The notes beneath the pieces are model-generated. The model did not search any database and was not told where the DNA came from. It saw nothing but the letters and a program-made list of their open reading frames with translations. Both the position numbers and the translations under genes were made by a program. Below are positions 27,035 to 36,360 of a stretch of 64,000 nucleotides of DNA, in pieces. The stretch's first letter is position 1, and each line of letters begins with the position of its first letter. The stretch comes from Candidatus Hydrogenedentota bacterium (GTDB taxonomy: Bacteria > Hydrogenedentota > Hydrogenedentia > Hydrogenedentales > SLHB01): the NCBI GenBank assembly GCA_963674865.2, contig CAXXYE010000004.1:544001-608000 (forward strand), given 5' to 3'.

Positions 27035-29851
27035 ATGGGACCTTTCATCTGCTTGGCGCTGCTTCTTGCGGGCGCGGGAGCCGGCGGAGATACGATTGCT
27101 GTCGAGAACGAGTTCACCCGGCTCGTGCTCGACGGCAACGGGCAAGTACTCAACCTGATCGACATCCGATCGGGAGACGACTACGCCCAGCGAAGTCCCA
27201 CGGCGCCCTTCGCTTTCGTCAAGGTCGGCGCCCAAACGTACAACGTCTCCCACGCTTCATACCATGGCGGCCGCATAACCCTAGCCTTCGATCCGCCCGA
27301 CATCCGAGCCGTTCTCGCCGTGTCGGCAAAGGAGCGCTACCTCACGTTCGAGGTCCTCTCCGTCAGCGGCGAAGGCTTGGAAGAACTGACCTTCATCAAT
27401 GTTGAGCTGGCCCTCAAGGGCGCCCTGGAAGAACCTTTCGCCGCGTGCGCCCTCGCGTTAAATCTCCAGACAAACGTCAAGGAAATCCCCGGACTCAACC
27501 GCCGCCTCCGGGCCATGTGCTACCGCCGCTTCGGATTCGAGGGCGCGAAGGCCGCCGTCATCGCCTGCCCGACCGCACACCTGCGCGACGTCATGAAAGA
27601 GGTGGTGCGCAACGCCGACGGCCTGCCGCAATTCGACCATCCCATCGGCGGGCCTTGGGCCATGGACACCCCCATCAATCGCGGCTCCTATCTGTTCGAC
27701 TTCGGCAAACTCACCGAGGAAACCGCGGACGATTGGATCGCGCTTGCCAAGGACCTCGGTATCAACCAGATCGATTTTCACACGGGCCACTCGCTACGCT
27801 TCGGCGACTGCCGCCCGAATCCCGACCTTTTCCCGAACGGGCGCGACAGCGTCAAGGCGGTTATCGACAAGCTCCACGCCGCGGGACTCGACGCCGGACT
27901 CCACACCTACGCCTTCTTCCTGGCGAAGGACACGCCGTGGGTTACCCCCGTCCCCGATCCCCGGCTCGGTAAAGACGCCGTCTTCACACTCGCCGAATCG
28001 ATAGCCGCCGAGGATGCTCGCGTCCCCGTTGGCGAATCCACGGAGGCCATGTCCACCACGACAGGATTTCAAGTCCGCAATAGCGTCACCATCCAGATCG
28101 ACGACGAGTTGATTACTTACGCCGGCGTATCCAAGGCCCCGCCCTACGCCTTCACGGAATGCACACGCGGCGCTTGTGGCACCGTCCCCGCCGAACACGC
28201 GCAAGGCGCCAAGGTGTACCACCTGAAGGAATGCTTCGGCCTGTTTGCGCCCGGCCCCGACTCAACCCTCCTCGCCGAGGTGGCCGCCCACACGGCCGAA
28301 ACCTTCAACGAATGCGGCTTCGACATGATCTACCTCGACGCCCTCGACGGCGAAGACATACTCGCGGGCCCCGAAAACGCTTGGCATTACGGCTCGAAGT
28401 TCGTCTTCGAGATCTGCAATCGCCTCGAGCGGCCCGCGCTTTTCGAGATGAGCACCTTCCATCATCATCTCTGGTATGTCCGCGGCCGCATGGGCGCGTG
28501 GGATCATCCCAACCGATGGCACAAGCGCTTCGTCGATGTACACACCGCCGCGAATAAGTCGGGCGAAGGCATGCTGCTGCCCATGCACCTCGGCTGGTGG
28601 GCCGTGAAAACCTGGACGGACGGCCCTCACGTGACGCAGATCGAGCCCACCTTTCCCGACGATATCGAATATCTCCTCTGCAAGTGCCTCGGCAACGGCG
28701 TCGGACTGAGCCTTATGGGCGTCAATCCCGAGACAATCGGCTCCGTCCCCGCATACCGGCGCCTTGCACCGATCTTCCGGCAATACGAGCAACTCCGCCG
28801 CACGGACTACTTTGACGAAGACACCAAGGCCCGCCTCCGCGTCCCCGGCGACGAATTCACGCTGGAGCAGGGGCCGGGGGAGAGCTGGCGCTTCCGGCCC
28901 GTCCAATACACCAAGCACAAAGTCCAGGGCATAGACGGCTGGAGCAACGTCTGGGCCGTCCACAATCGCTTCGAGCGGCAGCCGCTCCGACTCCGTATCG
29001 AGGCGCTCATATCGGCCGCGCCCTATGACTCCACGGACGCCGTCTTAGTGGAAGACTTCAGCGCTCCCGCCGTCTTCGACGATCGTCAGCTTCAAGAGAA
29101 CGTCCACGCGGATCTCCATGCCGCTTCCTCTCCCGTACGCCCGGGCGCCGCTGTGAGCGGGGCATTCGGGGCTTCGAGCACGCGGGAAGACCCGAACGGC
29201 GCGTGGGCCAAGATAGGCCGCATCTTCTCCCCGCCCATGAACATCGCAGGCCAGCAGGCTCTTGGCCTATGGGTATACGGCGACGGCCAAGGTGAACTCC
29301 TCAACATCCAGTTGCGCAGTCCCCGCCACATCATCAACGGCATCGGCGACCACTACGTCCAAGTAGATTTCAATGGATGGCGCTACTTCGAGCTCATCGA
29401 ACCGGAAGGCGGACACGCCCAGGACTTCTCCTGGCCTTACGGCGGCGCTTACGCCCTCTACCGTGAATGGGTGGATTACGCCAGCGTCGAGTCGCTTTCC
29501 CTGTGGTACAACGACCTCCCTGCAGGCAAGGAAGTGACCTGCTGCCTGAGTCCCATCAAAGCCCTGCCGCTCGCGGAGAACACCTTACGCCGCCCTGCCG
29601 TCACCATCGGAGACAAGACCATCGTGTTTCCCGTTGAACTCAGCAGCGGGCAATACATCGAGTTTGACGCGACGGGTAACTGCAAATTGTATGGCAAAAA
29701 AGGGGAACCCATCGCTGACGTGACGCCCGAAGGAGATATACCGGCTCTGGAGGCCGGCGACAACACCGTCCATTTTGATTGCGCTCCCCTACCCCAGCGG
29801 AGTGCCCGCGCTTATGTAAGCGTCATCACTAGAGGTGAGTTAATCGACTAG
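27035..29851 (+). CDS. Large secreted hypothetical protein, glycoside-hydrolase-like
   Basis: Signal peptide; LHAAGLDAGLH and FDMIYLDALDG (GH36/clan-D-like barrel pattern); CBM-like LGLWVYGDG...DFNGWRY. Confidence 0.65.
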   Translation: MGPFICLALLLAGAGAGGDTIAVENEFTRLVLDGNGQVLNLIDIRSGDDYAQRSPTAPFAFVKVGAQTYNVSHASYHGGRITLAFDPPDIRAVLAVSAKERYLTFEVLSVSGEGLEELTFINVELALKGALEEPFAACALALNLQTNVKEIPGLNRRLRAMCYRRFGFEGAKAAVIACPTAHLRDVMKEVVRNADGLPQFDHPIGGPWAMDTPINRGSYLFDFGKLTEETADDWIALAKDLGINQIDFHTGHSLRFGDCRPNPDLFPNGRDSVKAVIDKLHAAGLDAGLHTYAFFLAKDTPWVTPVPDPRLGKDAVFTLAESIAAEDARVPVGESTEAMSTTTGFQVRNSVTIQIDDELITYAGVSKAPPYAFTECTRGACGTVPAEHAQGAKVYHLKECFGLFAPGPDSTLLAEVAAHTAETFNECGFDMIYLDALDGEDILAGPENAWHYGSKFVFEICNRLERPALFEMSTFHHHLWYVRGRMGAWDHPNRWHKRFVDVHTAANKSGEGMLLPMHLGWWAVKTWTDGPHVTQIEPTFPDDIEYLLCKCLGNGVGLSLMGVNPETIGSVPAYRRLAPIFRQYEQLRRTDYFDEDTKARLRVPGDEFTLEQGPGESWRFRPVQYTKHKVQGIDGWSNVWAVHNRFERQPLRLRIEALISAAPYDSTDAVLVEDFSAPAVFDDRQLQENVHADLHAASSPVRPGAAVSGAFGASSTREDPNGAWAKIGRIFSPPMNIAGQQALGLWVYGDGQGELLNIQLRSPRHIINGIGDHYVQVDFNGWRYFELIEPEGGHAQDFSWPYGGAYALYREWVDYASVESLSLWYNDLPAGKEVTCCLSPIKALPLAENTLRRPAVTIGDKTIVFPVELSSGQYIEFDATGNCKLYGKKGEPIADVTPEGDIPALEAGDNTVHFDCAPLPQRSARAYVSVITRGELID

Positions 29852-30258
29852 TGAGGTGGATAGTCCCCTGCCGCAAGGCCCGATCCGTTCATGACTTGCC
29901 AGGCCCCCTACATAATGCGCCGCCCCGGCGTAACACAGCCCGTCGCCGCCCGGTATAGTCTTGTGAATGCGGGAGCCCAATCCTCTGCCGCAGAGCCGAT
30001 ACCCGCACACGCCATAAGTACCGGCAGAACAGTAGGATAACGCACACAAGGCACTTGCCCGCCAGGCATCGGAAAGCTTACGCCGTTTCTGGCTTGCCTC
30101 ACGGACTGAGTGCAACATGGCACACGCTTTTCAGTCAGATCGGTGGTTTGCCAAACGAAGCGCCTAGCGGTTAAACTGTTACTGTAGCGTTTCGCTCGTT
30201 TGTGGGGAGCGCGGAAGCCGGACCCGGCATGGACCGCGACCAGAAGGAGGAGAATTCA

Positions 30259-32619
30259 ATGAAACGTGTTCCGTTTCGGACCTGCCTACTAACCTTGGCC
30301 GTCATCGTCGCGGTTTCGGCACTTACCGGCTGCCCTCAGTCACGCAAGACGGGCGATCTCGTCGGCTGGGTCAAGGACACCGACGGCGACATGCTCCCGC
30401 TAGTCAAGGTCTCCCTAGACAACGGCGAGGAAACCTACACCGACGGCCACGGCCTATTCACATTCGAGGGCGTCTCCGCCGGCAAGAGCCAGGTGCTGGC
30501 GTTCTCCCTCGAAGGATACGCCTCCTCCAGCCGGCCCGTCGATATCGAGGCCGGCGGCACATCATCCGTCGATGCCACGCTGAAACGGCTCGACGACGGC
30601 GAAGTGATCCAGAACGCACAGACTGGGGGAGAGGCGGCCGACAGTGCCGGGAACAGCGTTACCGTGCCCGGCGACGCGCTTGAAGGCGGCCAAAGCAAGG
30701 CCCTCACCGGACAAGTCACCGTGCATGTCACCGCCATCGATACCACCGACCCCGATGACCTCGAGGGCTTCCCCGGCACATTTGAAACCACGCAGAACGG
30801 CGAGACGGTCCTTCTCAACGCCTATGCCCTAGCCAACTTCTGCGCCTGGGCCAACGGCGAGTCCATCCAAGTCCGCGCGGGCGCCCAAGTGACCATCTAC
30901 CTCCGCCTGCCCAGCGTCACGGACCTCGAAGCGGGCGATGAAGTGGCTCTGTGGTACTTCGACGCCACCGTCGGCCTGTGGGTATCCGCCGGTACCGGCA
31001 CGGTTGAGAGCCAAGGCGGCCACCTCGTCTTCGTGGCCCATGTCTCCGCCTTCGGCTGGTGGTGTTGCGCCGTCACGTGCCCCAGCCCCCATACCATCGC
31101 CGGCCATGCCTACGACCAGGACTCCCTGCCCGTCGAAGGCGCCCTGATCCGCGCCGTGGACCTCGATTACCATATCCGCACCTTCGCCCGAACGGATGAA
31201 ACAGGCGCCTACAGCGTTCCCGTCAAGCCCGATGCCCAAGTCCGGCTCGACCTGATCCTCCCGGGCGCCTACTACATCGCCGATTCCCTTCAGGTCGCTT
31301 CGGGCGCCGCAGGCGAGACAACCACCGACCAGGACCTCTACGCCACCTTCGATTCCTGCATCAGCGGATATGTCACCGAGGAAGACAAAGTAACGCCCAT
31401 CGAAGGCGAAACCGTCTATTCCTCCACCGGCGGCACCGCCACCACCGACGCTGACGGCTACTTCTGCATTCCCGCACCGGCCGGCACCAAAGTGGCCGTG
31501 TACGTCATCGGCCGCCCGCCGAAGGTCGTCACCACGCCCGCATCCGCCTCGTGCGCCACGGGCGGCTGCGCCGAAGTGCTCCTGTCCGTCGACTATCCTG
31601 AGGACGGCGACCTCGTAGGATTCATTCTGAGCACCCTCGCCACGCACAACACGCTGTTCTCGGGCGAGGTCAAGGACTTGGCCTCTCTGGCCATGTTCTA
31701 CTCCGGCCTCGACGGCGACCAGATGGACCTGCTCAACGTCGATACCATCGAAGACTCGTGCGATGTCTACACCACCAGCGTGGATCCCGCCTTCAGCCTC
31801 GCCATCTACCTCAGCCTCGCACTCGGGCAAGACCAACTGGCCTTCGACCTCGTGTTCAGCCTCGGCTTCACACGCAATGAACTCTTCAGTCTTGAAGCCG
31901 GGGACGTCCCAAAATGCGACAAAATAGGCGCCCTCGACCCAGGCTCGCCCGGCGCCCTCACCGACGGCGTTACCGCCATCGACATGATCTGCCCCCTCGA
32001 CTGGCTCGTCGGCTTCCGCGGCGACGGCTCGCCCGCCGACCTCGGCTACGCCTTCCTCGAACCGTGGATGGGTGGATTCTTCTACCAGGACGGCCTGTTC
32101 GCCCGAAATCTCTTTGACAGCGGCGACACCCTCACCTACTCCTGGCCCGGCGGCATCGACCTCGGCCCCTTCGACGTAGACGGCGTCATCCCCGGCCGGC
32201 TCGACTTCACCCTCACCACCGGCCTGGGCGACCTTTTCGACGGCGACACCCTCGCCAACGGCTTCCCCCTCACGTGGGACACCACCGCCCCGGGCGACTT
32301 CCTCGTCGTCATGCTCGAGACGGTGCTCATTGACAACGCCAAAGGCCGCTGCGAACTGGGAGCTGTTGTCTGCACCCTCGAAGACGACGGCTCATACACC
32401 ATCCCCGGCGACGTCATCGCCCAGTTGCCCCAGGCCCAGGGCGACATCGCCCTCCAAGTCAACTACCTCTTCGCCAAACGCTACGCCATCGCCACCGAGG
32501 ATGTGCCGCTCCGCCGAGGAAACGGCGATGGCTACGTCGCCTTGCTCACCTCCACCGAACCCGCCCGCGCCTGGTCCCTCGACGCCCAATTCCAGGTCGG
32601 CAAGGACGGGCAGGAATAA
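30259..32619 (+). CDS. Surface lipoprotein with repeated carboxypeptidase-regulatory-like (Cna-B-type) beta-sandwich domains
   Basis: Lipobox LTGC; TDGHGLF, TDETGAY, TDADGYF repeats; LWYFDATVGLW; AAGGAGG RBS. Confidence 0.8.
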   Translation: MKRVPFRTCLLTLAVIVAVSALTGCPQSRKTGDLVGWVKDTDGDMLPLVKVSLDNGEETYTDGHGLFTFEGVSAGKSQVLAFSLEGYASSSRPVDIEAGGTSSVDATLKRLDDGEVIQNAQTGGEAADSAGNSVTVPGDALEGGQSKALTGQVTVHVTAIDTTDPDDLEGFPGTFETTQNGETVLLNAYALANFCAWANGESIQVRAGAQVTIYLRLPSVTDLEAGDEVALWYFDATVGLWVSAGTGTVESQGGHLVFVAHVSAFGWWCCAVTCPSPHTIAGHAYDQDSLPVEGALIRAVDLDYHIRTFARTDETGAYSVPVKPDAQVRLDLILPGAYYIADSLQVASGAAGETTTDQDLYATFDSCISGYVTEEDKVTPIEGETVYSSTGGTATTDADGYFCIPAPAGTKVAVYVIGRPPKVVTTPASASCATGGCAEVLLSVDYPEDGDLVGFILSTLATHNTLFSGEVKDLASLAMFYSGLDGDQMDLLNVDTIEDSCDVYTTSVDPAFSLAIYLSLALGQDQLAFDLVFSLGFTRNELFSLEAGDVPKCDKIGALDPGSPGALTDGVTAIDMICPLDWLVGFRGDGSPADLGYAFLEPWMGGFFYQDGLFARNLFDSGDTLTYSWPGGIDLGPFDVDGVIPGRLDFTLTTGLGDLFDGDTLANGFPLTWDTTAPGDFLVVMLETVLIDNAKGRCELGAVVCTLEDDGSYTIPGDVIAQLPQAQGDIALQVNYLFAKRYAIATEDVPLRRGNGDGYVALLTSTEPARAWSLDAQFQVGKDGQE

Positions 32620-32639
32620 CCCCCCCCCGTACTATCCCG

Positions 32640-32677
32640 CAGGCCCTGTCCACCCCAGGACAGGGCCTGTGGTTTTT
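32640..32677 (+). terminator. Rho-independent terminator
   Basis: CAGGCCCTGTCC-loop-GGACAGGGCCTG-TGGTTTTT. Confidence 0.75.
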
Positions 32678-32740
32678 GCCCCGCGCCTCGTAGCCCGCGT
32701 AGCGGCCGGGAGCACCTGCAACATGCGCCTGGCGGAGCAG

Positions 32741-33037
32741 GAAAGGGACTGATGCAAGCAAGCGAGTCCCCGAGCGAGACGTGTCTCTCCCTTTCCGCAA
32801 AAGGATGCCGAAGAAAGAGCGAAAAACGGGGACTGAGGGGCTGTTGAAAATGTCGCATTCGCTCCAGAGGTTAAGCGAAAGAACGGGACTGTCCCAAGCG
32901 GAGTCCGCCATGGGCGGACGCAGACGGGACTGTCCCAGGTCCCTTCGCGGCCTGCGTGAAGCAACTCCGGACTTTTTCAACGGCTCCACTGACACAAGCG
33001 GAGCGAAGCGAAGACGTGTCTGCCCCCAGCTTTTCGC
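32741..33037. repeat. Two REP-A palindromes, the second split by an inserted MITE
   Basis: 32741-32796 is intact; GCGAAAAACGGGGACTGA | insert | ACTGACACAAGCG...GACGTGTCTGCCCC...TTTTCGC. Confidence 0.85.
32837..32987. mobile_element. 151-bp MITE with 18-bp imperfect terminal inverted repeats and a 5-bp ACTGA target duplication
   Basis: GGGGCTGTTGAAAATGTC...GACTTTTTCAACGGCTCC; ACTGA at 32832-32836 and 32988-32992. Confidence 0.8.
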
Positions 33038-33116
33038 AGCAAGAACGAGACCGCATCAGGGCGGGTCGCGACCCGACGGTTAGATTCACCCAAGACCTGG
33101 GCTTCCATTTGTCGCC

Positions 33117-33178
33117 CACCACACGGAGAAGCACCCAACCTGCCTTCACTCCGTGTTCTCCGAGACCTCCGTGGTTCC
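33117..33178. repeat. Periodic palindrome of the CACGGAG/CTCCGTG family
   Basis: CACCACACGGAGAAGCAC...CTCCGTGTTCTCCGAGACCTCCGTGG. Confidence 0.55.
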
Positions 33179-33296
33179 ATGAATTCACTTCCTCAGTTGC
33201 CCGCACGCCTCCTCCGCCTTGCCCGTTGATCCGCCTCCGTCACTCCACTATCCTCAGGACACCCGGCTTACGGGAGTCACGCAATAGGGGAGAGGC

Positions 33297-34844
33297 ATGA
33301 AGACACACCAGGACGATCAGTTGGCCAAGGCATCCGGCGCGCGCAAGCCTCTCAACATTCTCTGGATCATGACCGACCAGCAGCCGTTGTCCACCATCGG
33401 TGCGTATGGCAATCGCCTCATCGAAACGCCCCACATCGACCGCCTGGCCCGGGAAGGTGTCCGGTTCGATCGGATGATCGTCAGTGCGTTTCCCTGCTCG
33501 CCTTCGCGCGGCTGCTTCATGACAGGCCGCGAAGCCCACAACCACGGCGTCGTCACGAACGATGTGCTTCTACCTCCCGACATCCCCACCCTCGGCAGCA
33601 TCCTCAAGGGCGCCGGCTACAACACCGCCCACGTGGGGAAGTGGCACCTGGGCGGACACATGTACCGCCAGTTGCCGAAGTGCGTCCAGGATGAGCAGCA
33701 GGTCTTCGACGGAGGATGGCATCTCGACCGCGTACTCCATCCCGACCGCTACGAATTCCAACGGCGCGAGGGCGGCACCGGCGACGACTGCCCCACGCAC
33801 GGCTTCGACCACTGGCGCGGCGGATGGAAGCAGTACCGAGACTGGCTGCGCGGCCAGGGCCGTGGCGAGTGGGTCGACACATCCGCCGTCGGCGGACACA
33901 ACATGCTCCAAACCGCGGGCGATGACTGCCACGCTTGCGCCGGAGTGCCCGAGGAGCTTCACGTCGAGACCTTCATCGCCAACGAGGCGGTTAGCTTCCT
34001 CGAATCCCAGCGCGATGCCGAAGAGCCTTTCGCGCTGGTTGTCTCCTTCTACGGCCCCCATCTACCCGTCGCGCCGCCTGAGCCGTGGGACACCCGCTAT
34101 CCCTTGAAAGGTATCCCCCTGCCCGAAAACCATCACGACGACCTGACAGGCAAGCCCTCCCGGCAGCGCCGGCCGCAAGTCTACAAATCGGGTGATTGGG
34201 CCGCCGATCAATTCCGCGATTACATCCGCCGCTATTGGGGATTTTGCAGCTATATCGACGCCCAAATCGGCCGGATTCGCGCCACCCTCGAAGCCATTGG
34301 AGAGGACAAGGACACCCTCATTCTCTTCACCAGCGACCACGGCGACATGGTGGCCGCCCACGGCATGATCTACAAGCTCGCCTGCTGCGGCTATGACGAA
34401 CTCTTCCACGTGCCGTTTATCCTTCGCTGCCCCGGACAGGGCGCCCCCGGAACCACCTGCGACTCACTAACCGCCGGTACCGACATCCTGCCCACCGTGC
34501 TCGATCTGTTGAACGTCAGCACCGACGCCCCCATGGACGGCCATAGCTTCGGGCCGCTTCTCAACGGCGCCCAAGACGACGCCCGCGACATGGTCATCTG
34601 CAACTCCATCGAGCACAACTTCGTCGCCGTGACGCCACGATGGAAGTACGTCCTGAACCTGCCCGACGACTGCGTTCACGAACTTTACGACCTCGAGAAT
34701 GACCCCGGTGAGATGCTCAACCTCGCGCAGGACCCCGCCCATCAGGCAACCGCAACAGACATGCAGGAACGCGTTCTCTACTGGGCCGAAGCCACCGGCC
34801 ACCCCTACGCACACACCCTCCGCGCCGCCGCGGAACCAGCGTAG
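33297..34844 (+). CDS. Cys-type sulfatase
   Basis: NILWIMTDQ, CSPSRG, GKWHLG, GPHLP, TSDHGD, ELYDLENDPGE. Confidence 0.95.
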   Translation: MKTHQDDQLAKASGARKPLNILWIMTDQQPLSTIGAYGNRLIETPHIDRLAREGVRFDRMIVSAFPCSPSRGCFMTGREAHNHGVVTNDVLLPPDIPTLGSILKGAGYNTAHVGKWHLGGHMYRQLPKCVQDEQQVFDGGWHLDRVLHPDRYEFQRREGGTGDDCPTHGFDHWRGGWKQYRDWLRGQGRGEWVDTSAVGGHNMLQTAGDDCHACAGVPEELHVETFIANEAVSFLESQRDAEEPFALVVSFYGPHLPVAPPEPWDTRYPLKGIPLPENHHDDLTGKPSRQRRPQVYKSGDWAADQFRDYIRRYWGFCSYIDAQIGRIRATLEAIGEDKDTLILFTSDHGDMVAAHGMIYKLACCGYDELFHVPFILRCPGQGAPGTTCDSLTAGTDILPTVLDLLNVSTDAPMDGHSFGPLLNGAQDDARDMVICNSIEHNFVAVTPRWKYVLNLPDDCVHELYDLENDPGEMLNLAQDPAHQATATDMQERVLYWAEATGHPYAHTLRAAAEPA

Positions 34845-34874
34845 CGGGGCGTGGTTGGCCGCGCGTCCTCTCGC

Positions 34875-36074
34875 TTACCGCAACCGCTCGACGCACTCGA
34901 TGAGGCTGGCCGCGATATACTCGTTATCCTCGTCCGACATCACCGGATGAATCGGCACGCAGAACAACCGCTCGCCCAGGCGCTCGGACAGCGGCAGCGA
35001 CTGGCCCGGCGTGTGCTCCCGGAGAATCTTCCGCGCCTGGTAGGCCGGCCGGTTCGCCACGATGCAACGAACGCGAAAATCATCGGCCAGCATCCCGCAG
35101 ATCTTGTTCCTCTTCTCGCCGGCCCACTCATCGCAGACGAGACACGTGTAAAGATAGAACGTGTGCACGCAGTCCGGCGGTTCATAAGGCAGAATCAGCT
35201 CCGGAATGCCCTCAAGCATTTCATGGCGCCTATGCGCCAGACGCAGCCGACTCGCATTGAAGCTGTCCAACTTCCTGAGCTGCGGCATACCCACCGCCGC
35301 CTGCACCATCGTCATCACATTCGACGTGCCCCAGATCTCCGTAGGCCCGCCGTAGAAACGCGTCGAGCGGCAGAACGCCTCCACGTCATCATCATCCGTC
35401 GTCACCATGCCGCCTTCCCCGAGCGTCGTCATGTTCTTCATCGTGTGAAACGAGAACACCGTCGCCAGGCCCTTCTTCCCGATCTTCGTGTCCTTGTAGT
35501 CGCCCCCACAGGCCCGCGCGGCATCAGTGATGACGGCCAACGGCCCATGCTTCTCGTGCGGATGCCGCTCGGCGACTTCAAGAAGCTCGTCCATTGGCGA
35601 CGACAAACCGTTCATATGAACGGGAAAGAGCGCCCGCGTCCGCGGCGTGATCCGCTTCTCCACGTCATTCGGATCGAGTTGGAACGTCCTCGGATCCACC
35701 TCACCCCAGACAATCTGGCCTCCGGCGCCCAGCACCGCCAGCGGCGCCGCCACGAAATTGATGGCCGGCACAATCACTTCGTCGCCCGGCTGCAGGTCGA
35801 GGAACCGCATCATCATGTCGAGCCCCGGCCCCGCGCTATTGACGGCCACGGCGTGTTTCGTGTCGCAGTAGGCGGCGAAGGCCTGCTCAAACTCGACAAT
35901 CTGCGCCGAAGAGAAACCGAAGCCTTTCCCGAAGTCCATCGCACGGCGTATCGCCCCGACCGCCGCCTCGATCTCCTCCTCCCCGTAGATACTCCCCAAG
36001 AGCGGCTCGCCCTCCCAGAGCGTCTCCGGCTTACCCCGTTCAAAAATCGCTTCGCGCTGCTTCTTTTCCAGCAT
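34875..36074 (-). CDS. DegT/DnrJ/EryC1/StrS family PLP-dependent aminotransferase
   Basis: GDEVIVP, TDAA, FSFHTMKNMTTLGEGG. Confidence 0.92.
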   Translation of the reverse strand: MLEKKQREAIFERGKPETLWEGEPLLGSIYGEEEIEAAVGAIRRAMDFGKGFGFSSAQIVEFEQAFAAYCDTKHAVAVNSAGPGLDMMMRFLDLQPGDEVIVPAINFVAAPLAVLGAGGQIVWGEVDPRTFQLDPNDVEKRITPRTRALFPVHMNGLSSPMDELLEVAERHPHEKHGPLAVITDAARACGGDYKDTKIGKKGLATVFSFHTMKNMTTLGEGGMVTTDDDDVEAFCRSTRFYGGPTEIWGTSNVMTMVQAAVGMPQLRKLDSFNASRLRLAHRRHEMLEGIPELILPYEPPDCVHTFYLYTCLVCDEWAGEKRNKICGMLADDFRVRCIVANRPAYQARKILREHTPGQSLPLSERLGERLFCVPIHPVMSDEDNEYIAASLIECVERLR

Positions 36075-36360
36075 GATCCAGCTCCTTCCACCTGCTGCCG
36101 CAAGCCCTTATGGGCGCCCCTATTCACCGATACAAAAGGCACCACGTTATATCACAAGTGCGAGAGGACTGCCACCGATTTCCCCGCCGCCTCCCCATCC
36201 GCCGAGGCCGAAGAACCGTGTCCACAACCTTCCCTCATCCGTCGTAAAATAGAGGTGGATCTGCGGGGGTTCACCGTGGCAATATTCGCGCCGCCTGGAC
36301 GGCAGTGAACCGGACCAGGCACAGGAAGACGTGCACAAGCGCGCCGAAAAGGACAGTCCC

